This document shows positions 1 through 12,645 of a stretch of DNA of 64,000 nt, one piece after another. Location of the stretch: the NCBI GenBank assembly GCA_964016885.1, contig OZ024740.1, positions 307,396,001-307,460,000 on the forward strand, given 5' to 3'. The notes under the pieces are model-generated. The model did not search any database. It saw nothing but the letters and a program-made list of their open reading frames with translations, and was not told where the DNA came from. This stretch comes from Eledone cirrhosa (Eukaryota). The position numbers were made by a program, and so were the translations under genes. Numbering within the stretch: the stretch's first letter is position 1; each line of letters starts with the position of its first letter.

Positions 1-46
1 ACGAAGCAAGCTAAACAGGTTAACAAGCTGTTTAGCTTGCTTCGTT
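1..46. repeat. Fold-back palindrome truncated by the window start
   Basis: acgaagcaagctaaacag [gttaacaag] ctgtttagcttgcttcgt: 18-bp perfect inverted arms. Confidence 0.8.
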
Positions 47-145
47 TTTTGCTAACTACGGATCATAGATGTTTCGGCGTTTAAACAGGACATCGATCCG
101 TAGCGCGCCCGCGTACGGAACGATGTCATCTATATATATATATAT

Positions 146-540
146 GATAATAATGGCGCTGCGCATTGCAAATGGGATACATATGAAAAAGTAGGTCCTT
201 CATCAGTGACCCTCCAACCGTCCCAGGCATTTCATCGCTTTAAGGGCCATATACCTCAGGTTGGTGCGAACAACGGCTAAAAAAAGTCGTTGGGACACGT
301 AAATAAAGGGGACGTTAGGGTGAACAAACAAAATGGTTTAAGCAACAGAAAGTGAGAAGAAAGAGACAAGTCCCAGGTTTCTATGAATATAAACTCGGTG
401 AAATCGTGAACAAGAGACAAAAGACCATCAAACCTGGTTGAAATGTGAGCAAGGAAGGAATTTCGCACAGGTCTAACGGGGGGAAGAAGAAGGGGTCTGG
501 TCTGCGAATTCGGTAAACATAAGTTCTGTGAAGTCACAGA
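146..540 (-). mobile_element. Dispersed ~400-bp repeat, copy 1 (PLE pseudo-LTR-like, degenerate HHR)
   Basis: Clearly homologous to 10181-10578; both abut (TA)n at the same end; minus strand reads ccaac-CTGAGGT...GAAAT...gttgg. Confidence 0.6.
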
Positions 541-785
541 CGAGAGAGAGAGAGAGAGAGAGAGAGAAAAAAAATTTCATACCGGCTTGGCCAAGAACGC
601 GCGAGAAAAGAAATCGGACAGGTCAAGCGGGAAGAAAGAGGAGGAAAGAGGAGGAGGAGGAGGAGAGGTAGTGACAGAGAATGAGAATGAGTGAGTGAAA
701 GTGGTCGTCACCCTTGCAAGCAGGGAAAAGCGGACGTAAAATGATGATGATGATGATGATGATATATATTTATATTTAATTATAT

Positions 786-880
786 AATAAACAACACAAT
801 ATAATTATTCCATTACCTAAGGTTTCGTGAAACTAGACGATCTTAACAGAAACGTCCAGCACGCTCATCAGATGAAATTA
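786..880 (-). ncRNA. Hammerhead-like motif in a short TA-flanked insert
   Basis: Minus strand CTGATGA (871-865), stem II ctggacg/cgtctag, GAAAC (826-822), then cttag-GTA; stem I weak. Confidence 0.5.
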
Positions 881-910
881 TATATATATGTAGGAACAGG
901 TAAAAGAGTA

Positions 911-948
<38 letters not shown>

Positions 949-952
<4 letters not shown>

Positions 953-1030
953 GAACAATGAAAATAAAACAAAAGTCGAAGATAATTAAGAACCTATCTA
1001 CGACTTTTATTTTATTTCCATTGTTCAACA
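949..1030. repeat. Short palindromic MITE-like insert between (TG)n and (CA)n
   Basis: tgttgaacaatgaaaataaaacaaaagtcg ... cgacttttattttatttccattgttcaaca. Confidence 0.7.
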
Positions 1031-1043
1031 CACACACACATTC

Positions 1044-1103
<60 letters not shown>

Positions 1104-1184
1104 CACACACACACATATGTGTATATATATATACATATATATATTATGTGTGTGTATTATATATATAATACACACACACACATA

Positions 1185-1215
<31 letters not shown>

Positions 1216-1235
1216 TATGTGTGCGTATTATATAT

Positions 1236-1611
1236 ATAAACGTTTGTATTTGTAAAGCCAAAACAGTGCAGGTATGGAGATAGAATAAAAATGCAAATGC
1301 AAAAGATATTGTTGACAATTAGTCTTTTACCTTAAATTTATTTAAATGTTCTTAATTTTCGAGATAATATCTCTTCTTCGGAGGGAAGTAAAGCAGTTAA
1401 ACCAGTGTTCTAAATAGCATGCATGACTTGACAAGCTATTGAGAACACTGGTTTAACCGCTTTACTTCTCTCCGAAGAAGAGATATTATCTCGAAAATTA
1501 AGGACATTTAAATAAATCAAAGGTCTAATTGTCAACAATATCTTTTGCATTTGCATTTTTATTCTATGTCCATACCTGCATTGTTTTGGCTTTACAAATA
1601 CAAACGTTTAT
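1236..1611. mobile_element. ~375-bp fold-back element; each arm carries an HHR-like core and AATAAA
   Basis: Arms ~1236-1418 and ~1434-1611 are near-perfect reverse complements; CCGAAGA (1472-1478), gagata/tatctc stem, GAAA (1493-1496), AATAAA ~1511. Confidence 0.75.
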
Positions 1612-1650
1612 ACCTCATTACACAATGCTTCAAGTGAACTATAACTTCCT

Positions 1651-1714
<64 letters not shown>

Positions 1715-1890
1715 TATATAAATAAGTGGCTCTGTAGCTCGAGTAGAATTACAATGGAACCTTATGCGATGAGAGCCTATTACAAAAAAACTATACCTGT
1801 TATCACTTAATCTCGTTGAAACCATTTCTTCAAGGTTACATTGAGTTCTAACAACGTTATCGACCCCACCACAAACAGGTGGATACCAGT

Positions 1891-1891
1891 A

Positions 1892-1951
<60 letters not shown>

Positions 1952-1992
1952 AATCTGACTATCTCTCTATCTATCTCTCTATCTATCTATCT
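1891..1992. repeat. (ATCT)n microsatellite
   Basis: Direct reading. Confidence 0.95.
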
Positions 1993-2027
1993 GTCAATAT
2001 ATATATTTATATATATATAATATATAT

Positions 2028-2446
2028 GTGAGAAATGAAATTTCGTTTCATTCTATTCCATTTATCGTTTTCGGTGCGCCCGGCCGACTAAATCACTCGA
2101 TATGCAAATTAGGCTGCTCAGCCGTTAATATGCATAAGGAAAGTATATACTTTCAGACGTTCAATCATCTGACAGGAAGGTATACGATGCTGACGATAGC
2201 TAATAAGCTTGAAACTAGTACATCGTTCCTGTGTCAGTGTTGAACAAAAGGGCGACGATGGTTGCCTGAACATTGTACGGCGTAATTCGGGCTGTTTGTT
2301 TGTTTACAAACGAACAAACCGAGCATTATAATAAATGTTCGGTAAACCCATACGTACATATATATATGTGTGCATGTATGTATATATATATATAAATACT
2401 ACTGTACATCTGTATACATATATGTATGTACGTATACATACATACT

Positions 2447-2450
<4 letters not shown>
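2028..2450 (+). mobile_element. Retrozyme-like non-coding element, copy 1
   Basis: Homologous to 29454-29940; contains ATGCAAAT (2102-2109) and an intact HHR. Confidence 0.75.
2184..2226 (+). ncRNA. Minimal type I hammerhead ribozyme
   Basis: Stem I acgatg/catcgt; core CTGACGA (2190-2196); stem II agct-aata-agct; GAAAC-TA-GTA with palindromic ACTAGT; predicted cleavage after 2220. Confidence 0.85.
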
Positions 2451-2499
<49 letters not shown>

Positions 2500-2502
<3 letters not shown>

Positions 2503-2645
2503 TGATTAACACAACAGGAGGCCGGACTGGTGATATTCCTTTAAAGTTTTATTGTTGCAACAAAAACACTATATATATTTCAATAGCCTGGTTACGTAAG
2601 ATCCTGGTGACATCATCGGGTTCGGATTGCATATTAGTTAGTCAA
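2500..2645 (-). mobile_element. PLE pseudo-LTR-like 3' end with degenerate HHR
   Basis: Minus strand CCGATGA...GAAAT-ATAT-ATA...AATAAA then (TA)n, same layout as 27003-27060. Confidence 0.45.
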
Positions 2646-3169
2646 TACAGGAATTACGGCATACACAAACAAACAAAAAAATATAAACAGAAAAATATTT
2701 GATCCAGGGACGGCCTGCGATCTAGGTATTATCGTTGTCACAGGCTATCCCCGAATATATGTATTATAGGATAGGATACCAGATGGTGAAGCTTAAACCG
2801 TTTCAATGGCCAGATCAAAAATGAATCAAATTGTTTGTGGTGGCTTAAAGAGAATCCATTTCCTTGAGGGTGGAGTTATATGTTGATTGACAGATGGGGG
2901 TGGTTATTTTAAAAATGGAAGAGAAAGGGACAATGAAAATAAAAATAAAATCGTATTGATTATTTTTATAAGGAAGGGGTGGAGGACAAAATAATGTGGT
3001 TTCCATTTTTTTTTGTGGGGGTGAGAGTCACTAACCAAAATTGTATTTTATGCATCTGTGGTGCTGTGTTTGCGTTTCAAACCAGCTAGTGTCTGTGTCT
3101 GTACGTTTGTTTCAGTTGGTGGGTGTAGGTTATTGCCAGTGTCTTTTGATTAATGTTAGTACAGAAAAA

Positions 3170-3720
3170 AGCACCAAGGATCCACTCTGACCAAAGACGG
3201 CAGATCTCTAAACTGCCTAGACTCGGAGCGGCCATTTCTGCCATGGTATGTCATATGGAAAAGCAACTCCATCAGTTTTTCAACGAAGCTCATATTATAC
3301 AAGTCCTTGACGACTTCTATCCGTTTGTATGGGTGTGAAAGTTAAACTCCTACAGCTGACATGGAACGATGAATCCAGGCATTCGGGCACAAGTGCTTCA
3401 GAAGGCTGCTACACATCGCATACACGCAGCACAAAATAACAGTCGGCAAATAAAAAAAATATACAGGCAGACACGAACCACTCCTTGCAATTGTAAAAAG
3501 ACGGAAGCTTGGCTGGTATGGCCATATCCTTGCCTAAAACCATCCAATCGAAAGAGGGGCAGATAAAGAAAATTCCTTGTCTGACAACATCAAAAACAAG
3601 ACTGGTCGTAACACCGAGACCCTTCTACGCATGACAGAGAATAAAGACTAGAGGCAACGGCTGACTACGAAAGTGTCCAAAGTGACACCCCAATGACTGG
3701 CTGTACCAGTTGCGAAACGT
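3170..3720 (+). pseudogene. RTE-clade LINE fragment, RT C-terminal region
   Basis: Translates with stops to IWKSNSISFSTKLILYKSL...LYGCES*T...IQAFGHKCFRRLLHI...VKRRKLGWYGHIL. Confidence 0.75.
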
Positions 3721-4389
3721 GACGTGACAATAGAAAAGAAAGAATAAAAAATAATATGTAAATGTATGTTTTTCTGGGTGTGGTATTTGTGTTGGCCTTG
3801 CATAATGGGGCAGTTCTCTGTGTTTGGTACATTATTTATGTCTGTATGGACTATTACATTTGTATTGTGGTTGGAAGTTGTGTGCATTTGTATTGCGTGT
3901 TATTTTGATAGCTATTTTAGGTGGTGGTAAACATTGGTGTCTAGTTATGTAGTAACATGATATTCATCATAGATAGGTCCGGAATTATAACCTGTGCATT
4001 AGTATTATTGTGTGTGTGTGAGGGGGGGGGGGGGTTAAGTGTTATTTCTTGTGTGTAGGGATAATTGCAGCGAGGCAGCTTTCACTTAGGTTACATTCAT
4101 CATGTTAGAAATGTCCTTAGTACGCCGTGTGTTATGCATGTGTTATAACCGGTATGGGTCATGGATTCTGAGTGCATAAAAGTTTGTTGTGTCTGTGTGG
4201 ATAATAGAAAGGAAGTTTCTTACCTTCCGTCGTGTACAAGTTTGTGGTTGAGGTGTTTTGTGTATCCTGTGTCTAAACGCTGTGACAAGTTCGATTTTTG
4301 GTTTGTTTAAATGTAGTTCTCACAGAAGAAAAAGAACTCAGGGTGGAGTTGCGATGTAGACCTGCGAAGTTTTTACGCTCCTAGTCATG

Positions 4390-6050
4390 TTATCACACTC
4401 CACCTCAGTTTGTGACAAGTTAATAGCACTAATAAAGCAATTGAGAATATGTACATTATATCATCTACCAGGCGCCTCAAAATCCTTAAAAGAACAGGGA
4501 AAATGATAACCAAACTAGAACAAAGCCTAAACATATTTCTGGGAAACTTTAAATGCCCCACTGTCAAAAGACTCGAAGGCTACTTTCTCTCAGGAATGTC
4601 ATTACAAGAACAAAGACAAGTAAAATCCCTACTTGACCTTACAAACACACTGCTGTTGTACTACACCAAAGAGTAAACATATCTCAGATCTCTGCCTCAC
4701 AAATAATGCGGAGCTCATCCACAATGTGAAGGTAAAACTGGCTATTTTTTCGGAGCTAACAAATTTTACTCACGATTGATCTTACAAAACTTTATTTTAT
4801 GTAGAAATTCAGTAGTTACAGAAGAAATTCGCCACATTGATATGAAGAGGCGCAAGAATTTCGCATTAGCAAGTAGCTTCCACATAAATAGTGATGTCAG
4901 AAGGTTCTACATTAAAAAACGTTATGAGGGAAGATGCTTATGATCGACCCCGACAGCCTTTGTATCTCATATATTTAAGGCAGATATTGCTAAGTGACAC
5001 CAACAAAAACAAATATATTAACCAAGCGTTCAAACAAATATTTTATAGGTCGGGAGTGAACTCTATTAAGAAGCATTCAGTTGTCTATGACGTCCTATTG
5101 TACTTCAGCAAAGATCTGGAGGAGAAACACTGCATACCAACAAAACGTTATGCATGAGTAAGTTCCTCTTAAATTTCTGAATGACATTAATACATCACAA
5201 GATGCAACCAAAAATGTCAATTATGTCATATTTTTATGAAAGACATTACACATATGATCAGCAGCTGTCCTGAAATATCATCAAGGTTTTACCTTCCAAT
5301 ACAACATTATGATGATACTAAACAATATACTAAGCCCTACTTTGGAAAATCTGCCACGAGACAAATATAGCAAATATTTCTGATGTTGAATACATTCATA
5401 TGCTTTAACACAAAGAATATTGGTAAAAACATTTTAAAGAAAATCTCCCCTAAATGCCTGATGCAATTTCTTAGGACAGGAAAGAAAGGTTATATACTGC
5501 TATAAAGGTCTGCTTCTCAAAGGGGTGTGAACATTTCTTTCAAAACCAATAAGAACGAAAACATCTATAAACAGCTGTTTCGAAAGCTAAATCTTCTCTA
5601 CACAAATTAATATTTGTGCCCATAGTCATTGGTACTGCTACAAAGTCTAAGTTTAAAGTCTGTCTCACGCCATGAGGCTCGTCAGGTCAGTGCTTATCCC
5701 GGTTTACCGTGGTGTAAAGCGACTGAGAATACTAAACTACCTCCTGGATAGAGCGCTAGTCTATCGAAGGGTTAAATTCCCAGCTATTGCTGGTTCTCAT
5801 TTTCAGTTGAATATAATAGAGCAACGTAAAATGAAGTATTTTGCTCAAGAACACAACACAAAAACCCAGCCCAGGAATCGAACCTACAACATTATGATCG
5901 TAAGACCAACCCTTAGCAATAGACCACGCGCCTCCATTGTTACATTTAAGTGTATAAGTATTAATCTCGAAAAACTGGGATTTCAGGTAAAGTATTTCTT
6001 CAACTGTGTATAAAATATTTTATAGTGTTAATAGTGACCAATGCCTTGTT
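4390..6050 (+). pseudogene. Highly decayed REL-type (R4/Dong-like) LINE, interrupted by a SINE
   Basis: Residual motifs DITHMISSCPEISSRFYLPIQH (~5240-5310, zinc-knuckle/RH region) and PIVIG (~5620); boundaries approximate. Confidence 0.4.
5672..5935 (-). mobile_element. tRNA-derived CORE-like SINE
   Basis: Minus strand A-box-like TGGTCTATTGCTAAG, B box GGTTCGATTCC, CORE-like gtgttcttgagcaaaatactt. Confidence 0.7.
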
Positions 6051-6274
6051 AGTGGAACACACACACACACACACACACATATGTGTATATATTGCTAGTT
6101 ACTGTTGTTTATCCGTAAGATTTGCGTTATGATTTCTCGGTGATAAATAAATAAATCAATACATTATAAGTGTGAGAGCAAATAGACAAAAATATACCTA
6201 ATTTTTCTTCAAATCCTGACTGCAGAGTTTCGCCGATTGGTATGCAACCAAAGTGCAACTAAAGTGCACTCAAG

Positions 6275-6405
6275 CCGTGAGGTTATATATCGGATAGAGC
6301 GATTTGCAGTATTCGTTTCGGCTCTCTACTCCTTGAGTTCAATTCCCCGAGAGATCAACTTTGCCTTCCATCCTTTCGAGGTACCAGTTTAGAACTGGGT
6401 CGATT
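6275..6405 (+). mobile_element. Diverged SINE forming the left end of a large inverted structure
   Basis: gagttcaattccccgagagatcaactttgccttccatcctttcgaggtaccagt matches the SINE family at 28559, 30341, 45398. Confidence 0.7.
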
Positions 6406-9400
6406 CTTTCTCACCTCCTTTCTATTACCTTCTTTCTCACCTCCTTTCTATTACCTTCTTTCTCACCTCCTTTCTATTACCTTCTTTCTCACCTCCTTTC
6501 TATTACCTTCTTTCTCACCTCCTTTCTATTACCTTCTTTCTCACCTTTCTATTACCTTCTTTCTCACCTCCATTCTATTACCTTCTTTCTCACCTCCTTT
6601 CTATTACCTTCTTTCTCACCTCCTTTCTATTACCTTCTTTCTCACCTCCTTTCTATTACCTTCTTTCTCACCTCCTTTCTATTACCTTCTTTCTCACCTC
6701 CTTTCTATTACCTTCTTTCTCACCTCCTTTCTATTACCTTCTTTCTCGCCTCCTTTCTATTACCTTCTTTCTCACCTCCTTTCTATTACCTTCTTTCTCA
6801 CCTCCTTTCTATTACCTTCTTTCTCACCTCCTTTCTATTACCTTCTTTCTCACCTCCTTTCTATTACCTTCTTTCTCACCTCCTTTCTATTACCTTCTTT
6901 CTCACCTCCATTCTATTACCTTCTTTCTCACCTCCTTTCTATTACCTTCTTTCTCACCTCCTTTCTATTACCTTCTTTCTCACCTCCTTTCTATTACCTT
7001 CTTTCTCACCTCCTTTCTATTACCTTCTTTCTCACCTCCTTTCTATTACCTTCTTTCTCACCTCCTTTCTATTACCTTCTTTCTCACCTCCTTTCTATTA
7101 CCTTCTTTCTCACCTCCTTTCTATTACCTTCTTTCTCACCTCCTTTCTATTACCTTCTTTCTCACCTCCTTTCTATTACCTTCTTTCTCACCTCCTTTCG
7201 ATTACCTTCTTTCTCACCTCCTTTCTATTACCTTCTTTCTCACCTCCATTCTATTACCTTCTTTCTCACCTCCATTCTATTACCTTCTTTCTCACCTCCT
7301 TTCTATTACCTTCTTTCTCACCTCCATTCTATTACCTTCTTTCTCACCTCCATTCTATTACCTTCTTTCTCACCTCCTTTCTATTACCTTCTTTCTCACC
7401 TCCTTTCTATTACCTTCTTTCTCACCTCCTTTCTATTACCTTCTTTCTCACCTCATTTCTATTACCTTCTTTCTCACCTTTCTATTACCTTCTTTCTCAC
7501 CTCCTTTCTATTACCTTCTTTCTCACCTCCTTTCTATTACCTTCTTTCTCACCTCCTTTCTATTACCTTCTTTCTCACCTTTCTATTACCTTCTTTCTCA
7601 CCTCCTTTCTATTACCTTCTTTCTCACCTCCTTTCTATTACCTTCTTTCTCACCTCCTTTCTATTACCTTCTTTCTCACCTCCTTTCTATTACCTTCTTT
7701 CTCACCTCCTTTCTATTACCTTCTTTCTCACCTCCTTTCTATTACCTTCTTTCTCACCTCCTTTCTATTACCTTCTTTCTCACCTCCTTTCTATTACCTT
7801 CTTTCTCACCTCCTTTCTATTACCTTCTTTCTCACCTCCTTTCTATTACCTTCTTTCTCACCTCCTTTCTATTACCTTCTTTCTCACCTCCATTCTATTA
7901 CCTTCTTTCTCACCTCCATTCTATTACCTTCTTTCTCACCTCCTTTCTATTACCTTCTTTCTCACCTCATTTCTATTACCTTCTTTCTCACCTCCTTTCT
8001 ATTACCTTCTTTCTCACCTCATTTCTATTACCTTCTTTCTCACCTCCTTTCTATTACCTTCTTTCTCACCTCCTTTCTATTACCTTCTTTCTCACCTCAT
8101 TTCTATTACCTTCTTTCTCACCTCCTTTCTATTACCTTCTTTCTCACCTCCTTTCTATTACCTTCTTTCTCACCTCCTTTCTATTACCTTCTTTCTCACC
8201 TCCTTTCTATTACCTTCTTTCTCACCTCCATTCTATTACCTTCTTTCTCACCTCATTTCTATTACCTTCTTTCTCACCTCCTTTCTATTACCTTCTTTCT
8301 CACCTCCATTCTATTACCTTCTTTCTCACCTCATTTCTATTACCTTCTTTCTCACCTCCTTTCTATTACCTTCTTTCTCACCTCCTTTCTATTACCTTCT
8401 TTCTCACCTCCTTTCTATTACCTTCTTTCTCACCTCCTTTCTATTACCTTCTTTCTCACCTCCTTTCTATTACCTTCTTTCTCACCTCCTTTCTATTACC
8501 TTCTTTCTCACCTCCATTCTATTACCTTCTTTCTCACCTCCTTTCTATTACCTTCTTTCTCACCTCCTTTCTATTACCTTCTTTCTCACCTCCATTCTAT
8601 TACCTTCTTTCTCACCTCATTTCTATTACCTTCTTTCTCACTTCCTTTCTATTACCTTCTTTCTCACCTCCATTCTATTACCTTCTTTCTCACCTCATTT
8701 CTATTACCTTCTTTCTCACCTCCTTTCTATTACCTTCTTTCTCACCTCCTTTCTATTACCTTCTTTCTCACCTCCTTTCTATTACCTTCTTTCTCACCTC
8801 CTTTCTATTACCTTCTTTCTCACCTCCTTTCTATTACCTTCTTTCTCACCTCCATTCTATTACCTTCTTTCTCACCTCATTTCTATTACCTTCTTTCTCA
8901 CCTCCTTTCTATTACCTTCTTTCTCACCTCCTTTCTATTACCTTCTTTCTCACCTCCTTTCTATTACCTTCTTTCTCACCTCCATTCTATTACCTTCTTT
9001 CTCACCTCCTTTCTATTACCTTCTTTCTCACCTCCTTTCTATTACCTTCTTTCTCACCTCCTTTCTATTACCTTCTTTCTCACCTCCTTTCTATTACCTT
9101 CTTTCTCACCTCCATTCTATTACCTTCTTTCTCACCTCATTTCTATTACCTTCTTTCTCACCTCCTTTCTATTACCTTCTTTCTCACCTCCTTTCTATTA
9201 CCTTCTTTCTCACCTCCTTTCTATTACCTTCTTTCTCACCTCCTTTCTATTACCTTCTTTCTCACCTCCATTCTATTACCTTCTTTCTCACCTCATTTCT
9301 ATTACCTTCTTTCTCACCTCCATTCTATTACCTTCTTTCTCACCTCATTTCTATTACCTTCTTTCTCACCTCCTTTCTATTACCTTCTTTCTCACCTCCT

Positions 9401-9662
9401 TTCTATTACCTTCTTTCTCACCTCATTTCTATTACCTTCTTTCTCACCTCCTTTCTATTACCTTCTTTCTCACCTCCATTCTATTACCTTCTTTCTCACC
9501 TCATTTCTATTACCTTCTTTCTCACCTCCTTTCTATTACCTTCTTTCTCACCTCCTTTCTATTACCTTCTTTCTCACCTTTCTATTACCTTCTTTCTCAC
9601 CTCCTTTCTATTACCTTCTTTCTCACCTCATTTCTATTACCTTCTTTCTCACCTCATTTCTA
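6406..9662. repeat. 26-bp pyrimidine-rich minisatellite (~125 units)
   Basis: Unit ctttctattaccttctttctcacctc; the 1149-aa ORF repeats every 26 aa (3 units). Confidence 0.97.
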
Positions 9663-10010
9663 TCCTTCTCTAGAAGAAATCTGCTGTATTCATGCCTGGA
9701 GTAGGATTGAGCCCCGCCAGGCTAAAATGCCAAGAAACGCCGTATGCCAATACGACTCCATCGGGAGTTACGGGACCATACCATATATATGCATGGTCTT
9801 GCGTTTCTAGGGCATCTAAAAACTTGACCGAGCCCAATCCTTTCCATCCAGGTCTGAATACAACGGATTTCTTCCAGAGAATGATCGAGAGTGAGAGAAT
9901 GGAAGTGAGAAAGAGGTAGAGGAAGAATCGGCCCAGTACTTGACTGGTACTTTTTTATCGACTTTGAATGGATGAAAGGCAAAGTTGACCCCGGTGGGAT
10001 TTGAAGTCAC
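9663..10010. mobile_element. Centre and right arm of the inverted structure, ending in a minus-strand SINE
   Basis: 9663-9740 is an imperfect reverse complement of 9801-9895; 9925-10010 mirrors 6335-6405. Confidence 0.65.
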
Positions 10011-10180
10011 TAATATACTTGGACATCTCAATGAAAAAACAAAACAAAAAAACATCATAGACTCCAATATTACAAAGTTTTGCTGAGCGAAACATTCTAA
10101 TATTTGTTTGTCTAGCTTGTAACCCCCACTAATGGTTGTTTTGGCATTAGTTAAACTATGTTATATATATATATATATAT

Positions 10181-10578
10181 GATAATAAGGGCGCTGCGGA
10201 GTTGCAAATGGGTTATATATGAAAAAAGTTTGTCCTTCATCAGTGATCTTCCAACTATCATAGGCATTTCATCGCTTTAAAGACCATATACTTCCGGTTG
10301 GTGCGAGCAACGGCTAAAAAAAGTCGTTGGGACACGTAAATAAAGGGGACGCGAGGGTAAACAAACAAAATGGTGAGGCAACAGAAAGTGAGGAAGAAGG
10401 AGACAAGTCCCATATTTCTATGAATTTAAGTTCGGTGAAATCGTGAACGAGAGAATAAAGACCATCAAACCTGGTTGAAATGTGAGCAAGGAAGGAATTT
10501 CGCACAGGTCTAACGGGAGGAAGAAGGGGTCTGGTCTGCGAATTCGGTAAACATAAGTTCTGTGAAATCGTAGACGAG
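10181..10578 (-). mobile_element. Dispersed ~400-bp repeat, copy 2
   Basis: Homologous to 146-540; minus strand ccaac-CGGAAGT...GAAAT...ATA-gttgg. Confidence 0.6.
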
Positions 10579-10594
10579 ATATTTATATATATAT

Positions 10595-11172
10595 TGTTAT
10601 ACTTGGGGAGGGTCATATTTGTGTAATAATTGTTTCTACTATTGGCACAAGGCCAGCAATTATTCCAGTGTCTTACTGGTACTTTATTGTATCGACCCCG
10701 TAACGATGAAAGGCAAAGTTAATTGTGTAATAATATTGCCAGAATTAATAATAGAACACACTCACTGTTTGGTTGGTTTTCGCTTCTGTGTCTTTTATAT
10801 CGGTTAATTTAATTTATTCGGTCCTCAATGTTACCATTGACTGACCAATAAATAAATAAATAAATAAATAAATAAACAGACTAAATAAAGATGGCGTAGG
10901 CATACAATACAACGGGAGGAAACATAATAGCACCACTGACGATGTTGCAGATGTGCAACGAAAGAACTTTGTTAGACTATATATATGTGTTTGTGTCTAT
11001 ATTGTATCTGTATTTTTGACCGTTGGTCAGTCAATGGTAACATTGAGGACCGAATAAATTAAATTAACCGATATAAAAGACACAGAAGCGAAAACCAACC
11101 AAACAGTGAGTGTGTTGTGTTATTAATTCTGGCAATATTATTACACAAATATGACCCTCCCCAAGTATAACA
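10595..11172. mobile_element. Non-autonomous TIR element with TGT...ACA ends (Ginger-like MITE)
   Basis: 150-bp TIRs (10595-10848 minus SINE insert; 11023-11172), termini TGTTATAC/GTATAACA, ATAT on both flanks. Confidence 0.7.
10631..10722 (-). mobile_element. 5'-truncated SINE inserted in the left TIR
   Basis: SINE 3' part flanked by the duplication ttgtgtaataat; absent from the right TIR. Confidence 0.8.
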
Positions 11173-11245
11173 ATATTTGTTTCGACACACGATTTCATAT
11201 CAAAAACCTCGCAAAACTAATATATATATATACATATATATATAC

Positions 11246-11595
<350 letters not shown>

Positions 11596-11631
11596 ATAAT
11601 ATACATGTGTGTGTATATATACACACACATC

Positions 11632-11669
<38 letters not shown>

Positions 11670-12645
11670 TGGGTGTTGCATGTATCAGTAACACTATAAA
11701 ATATGTACTAGCGCCATAAAATATACACAAGCACTCCTTCACTGCTCGTATAAATCAAACCATGCCCATGTTTAATGGGAAATAGAAATTGTAAGTTCAA
11801 CAACGGAAAGAACATCGTATGCTGCATTCTTGATTCTGGACAACAAATATCAAGTCTGTTGCAAAAATTGGGTGAATTTTATTTTATTCTATTTTTGTAA
11901 AACCATTTACAATTTCAACAAAAGACAAAACGTGCACTGTCCCGCCGTTGGAGCCAGTTAAGGTTTCGTTATTTACAGTGAAAATTGTTGTCTGTCGCAT
12001 TTCTTAACAAATGGTATTTGATGCAGCCACAACTCTCAAATATTCGATATTCTGAACAGCAGCACACATCATGGCGCACCCAGGGCTGTGTTGAAACGAG
12101 AGCATCGCAACTACATATGAATGGCTCTGTCAAAAATATTCTGACATATTGTGACTAGTGTTATGCTGGTACATCCATGTGGTCACAAGTGTATTGATCA
12201 TTTTAAAAGTGCCTCCATGTTGTTGCCCAGTTTGCTAGAAATTACACAAAATTTCCTTTAAATCGTACCTAATCGCCCTAAATAGAAAAGGACATATTGA
12301 ATAATAACTTTATGTTTGAATAAAAAAATAAAATAGGATGGTTATGACTGGAACGCCTTTCACAACATCATCGTTTGACCAGGAACGACTAAGAGCTAAG
12401 TTAATATTAGTAATACTGCTAGTATTACTTACTAACATATGGTAGAGTTTAGTTATATTTATAAGATATTTAATGCTCACTACATTAAATATGTTAACAT
12501 TAACTTAACTCTTGACAGATGGTTGGCAATACGTCTCAAGGGAGCAACATGCATAATCTTTAAATAGTATAGGAGTAATTTCAGAAGACCACATTTCAGA
12601 AGAGTACAAACATTTTTTCTCAAGGTTACAGATATTCTGCATGTG

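Noticed and set aside
277-537. Small ORF conserved with 10314-10616
   Set aside because: Similarity is explained by the dispersed repeat; indels differ and there is no true ATG in copy 1.
6406-9662. CRISPR-like regular repeats
   Set aside because: No unique spacers, no cas genes, eukaryotic context.
6361-9810. 1149-aa ORF
   Set aside because: Translation of a stop-free 26-bp satellite; TTG start, no domain.
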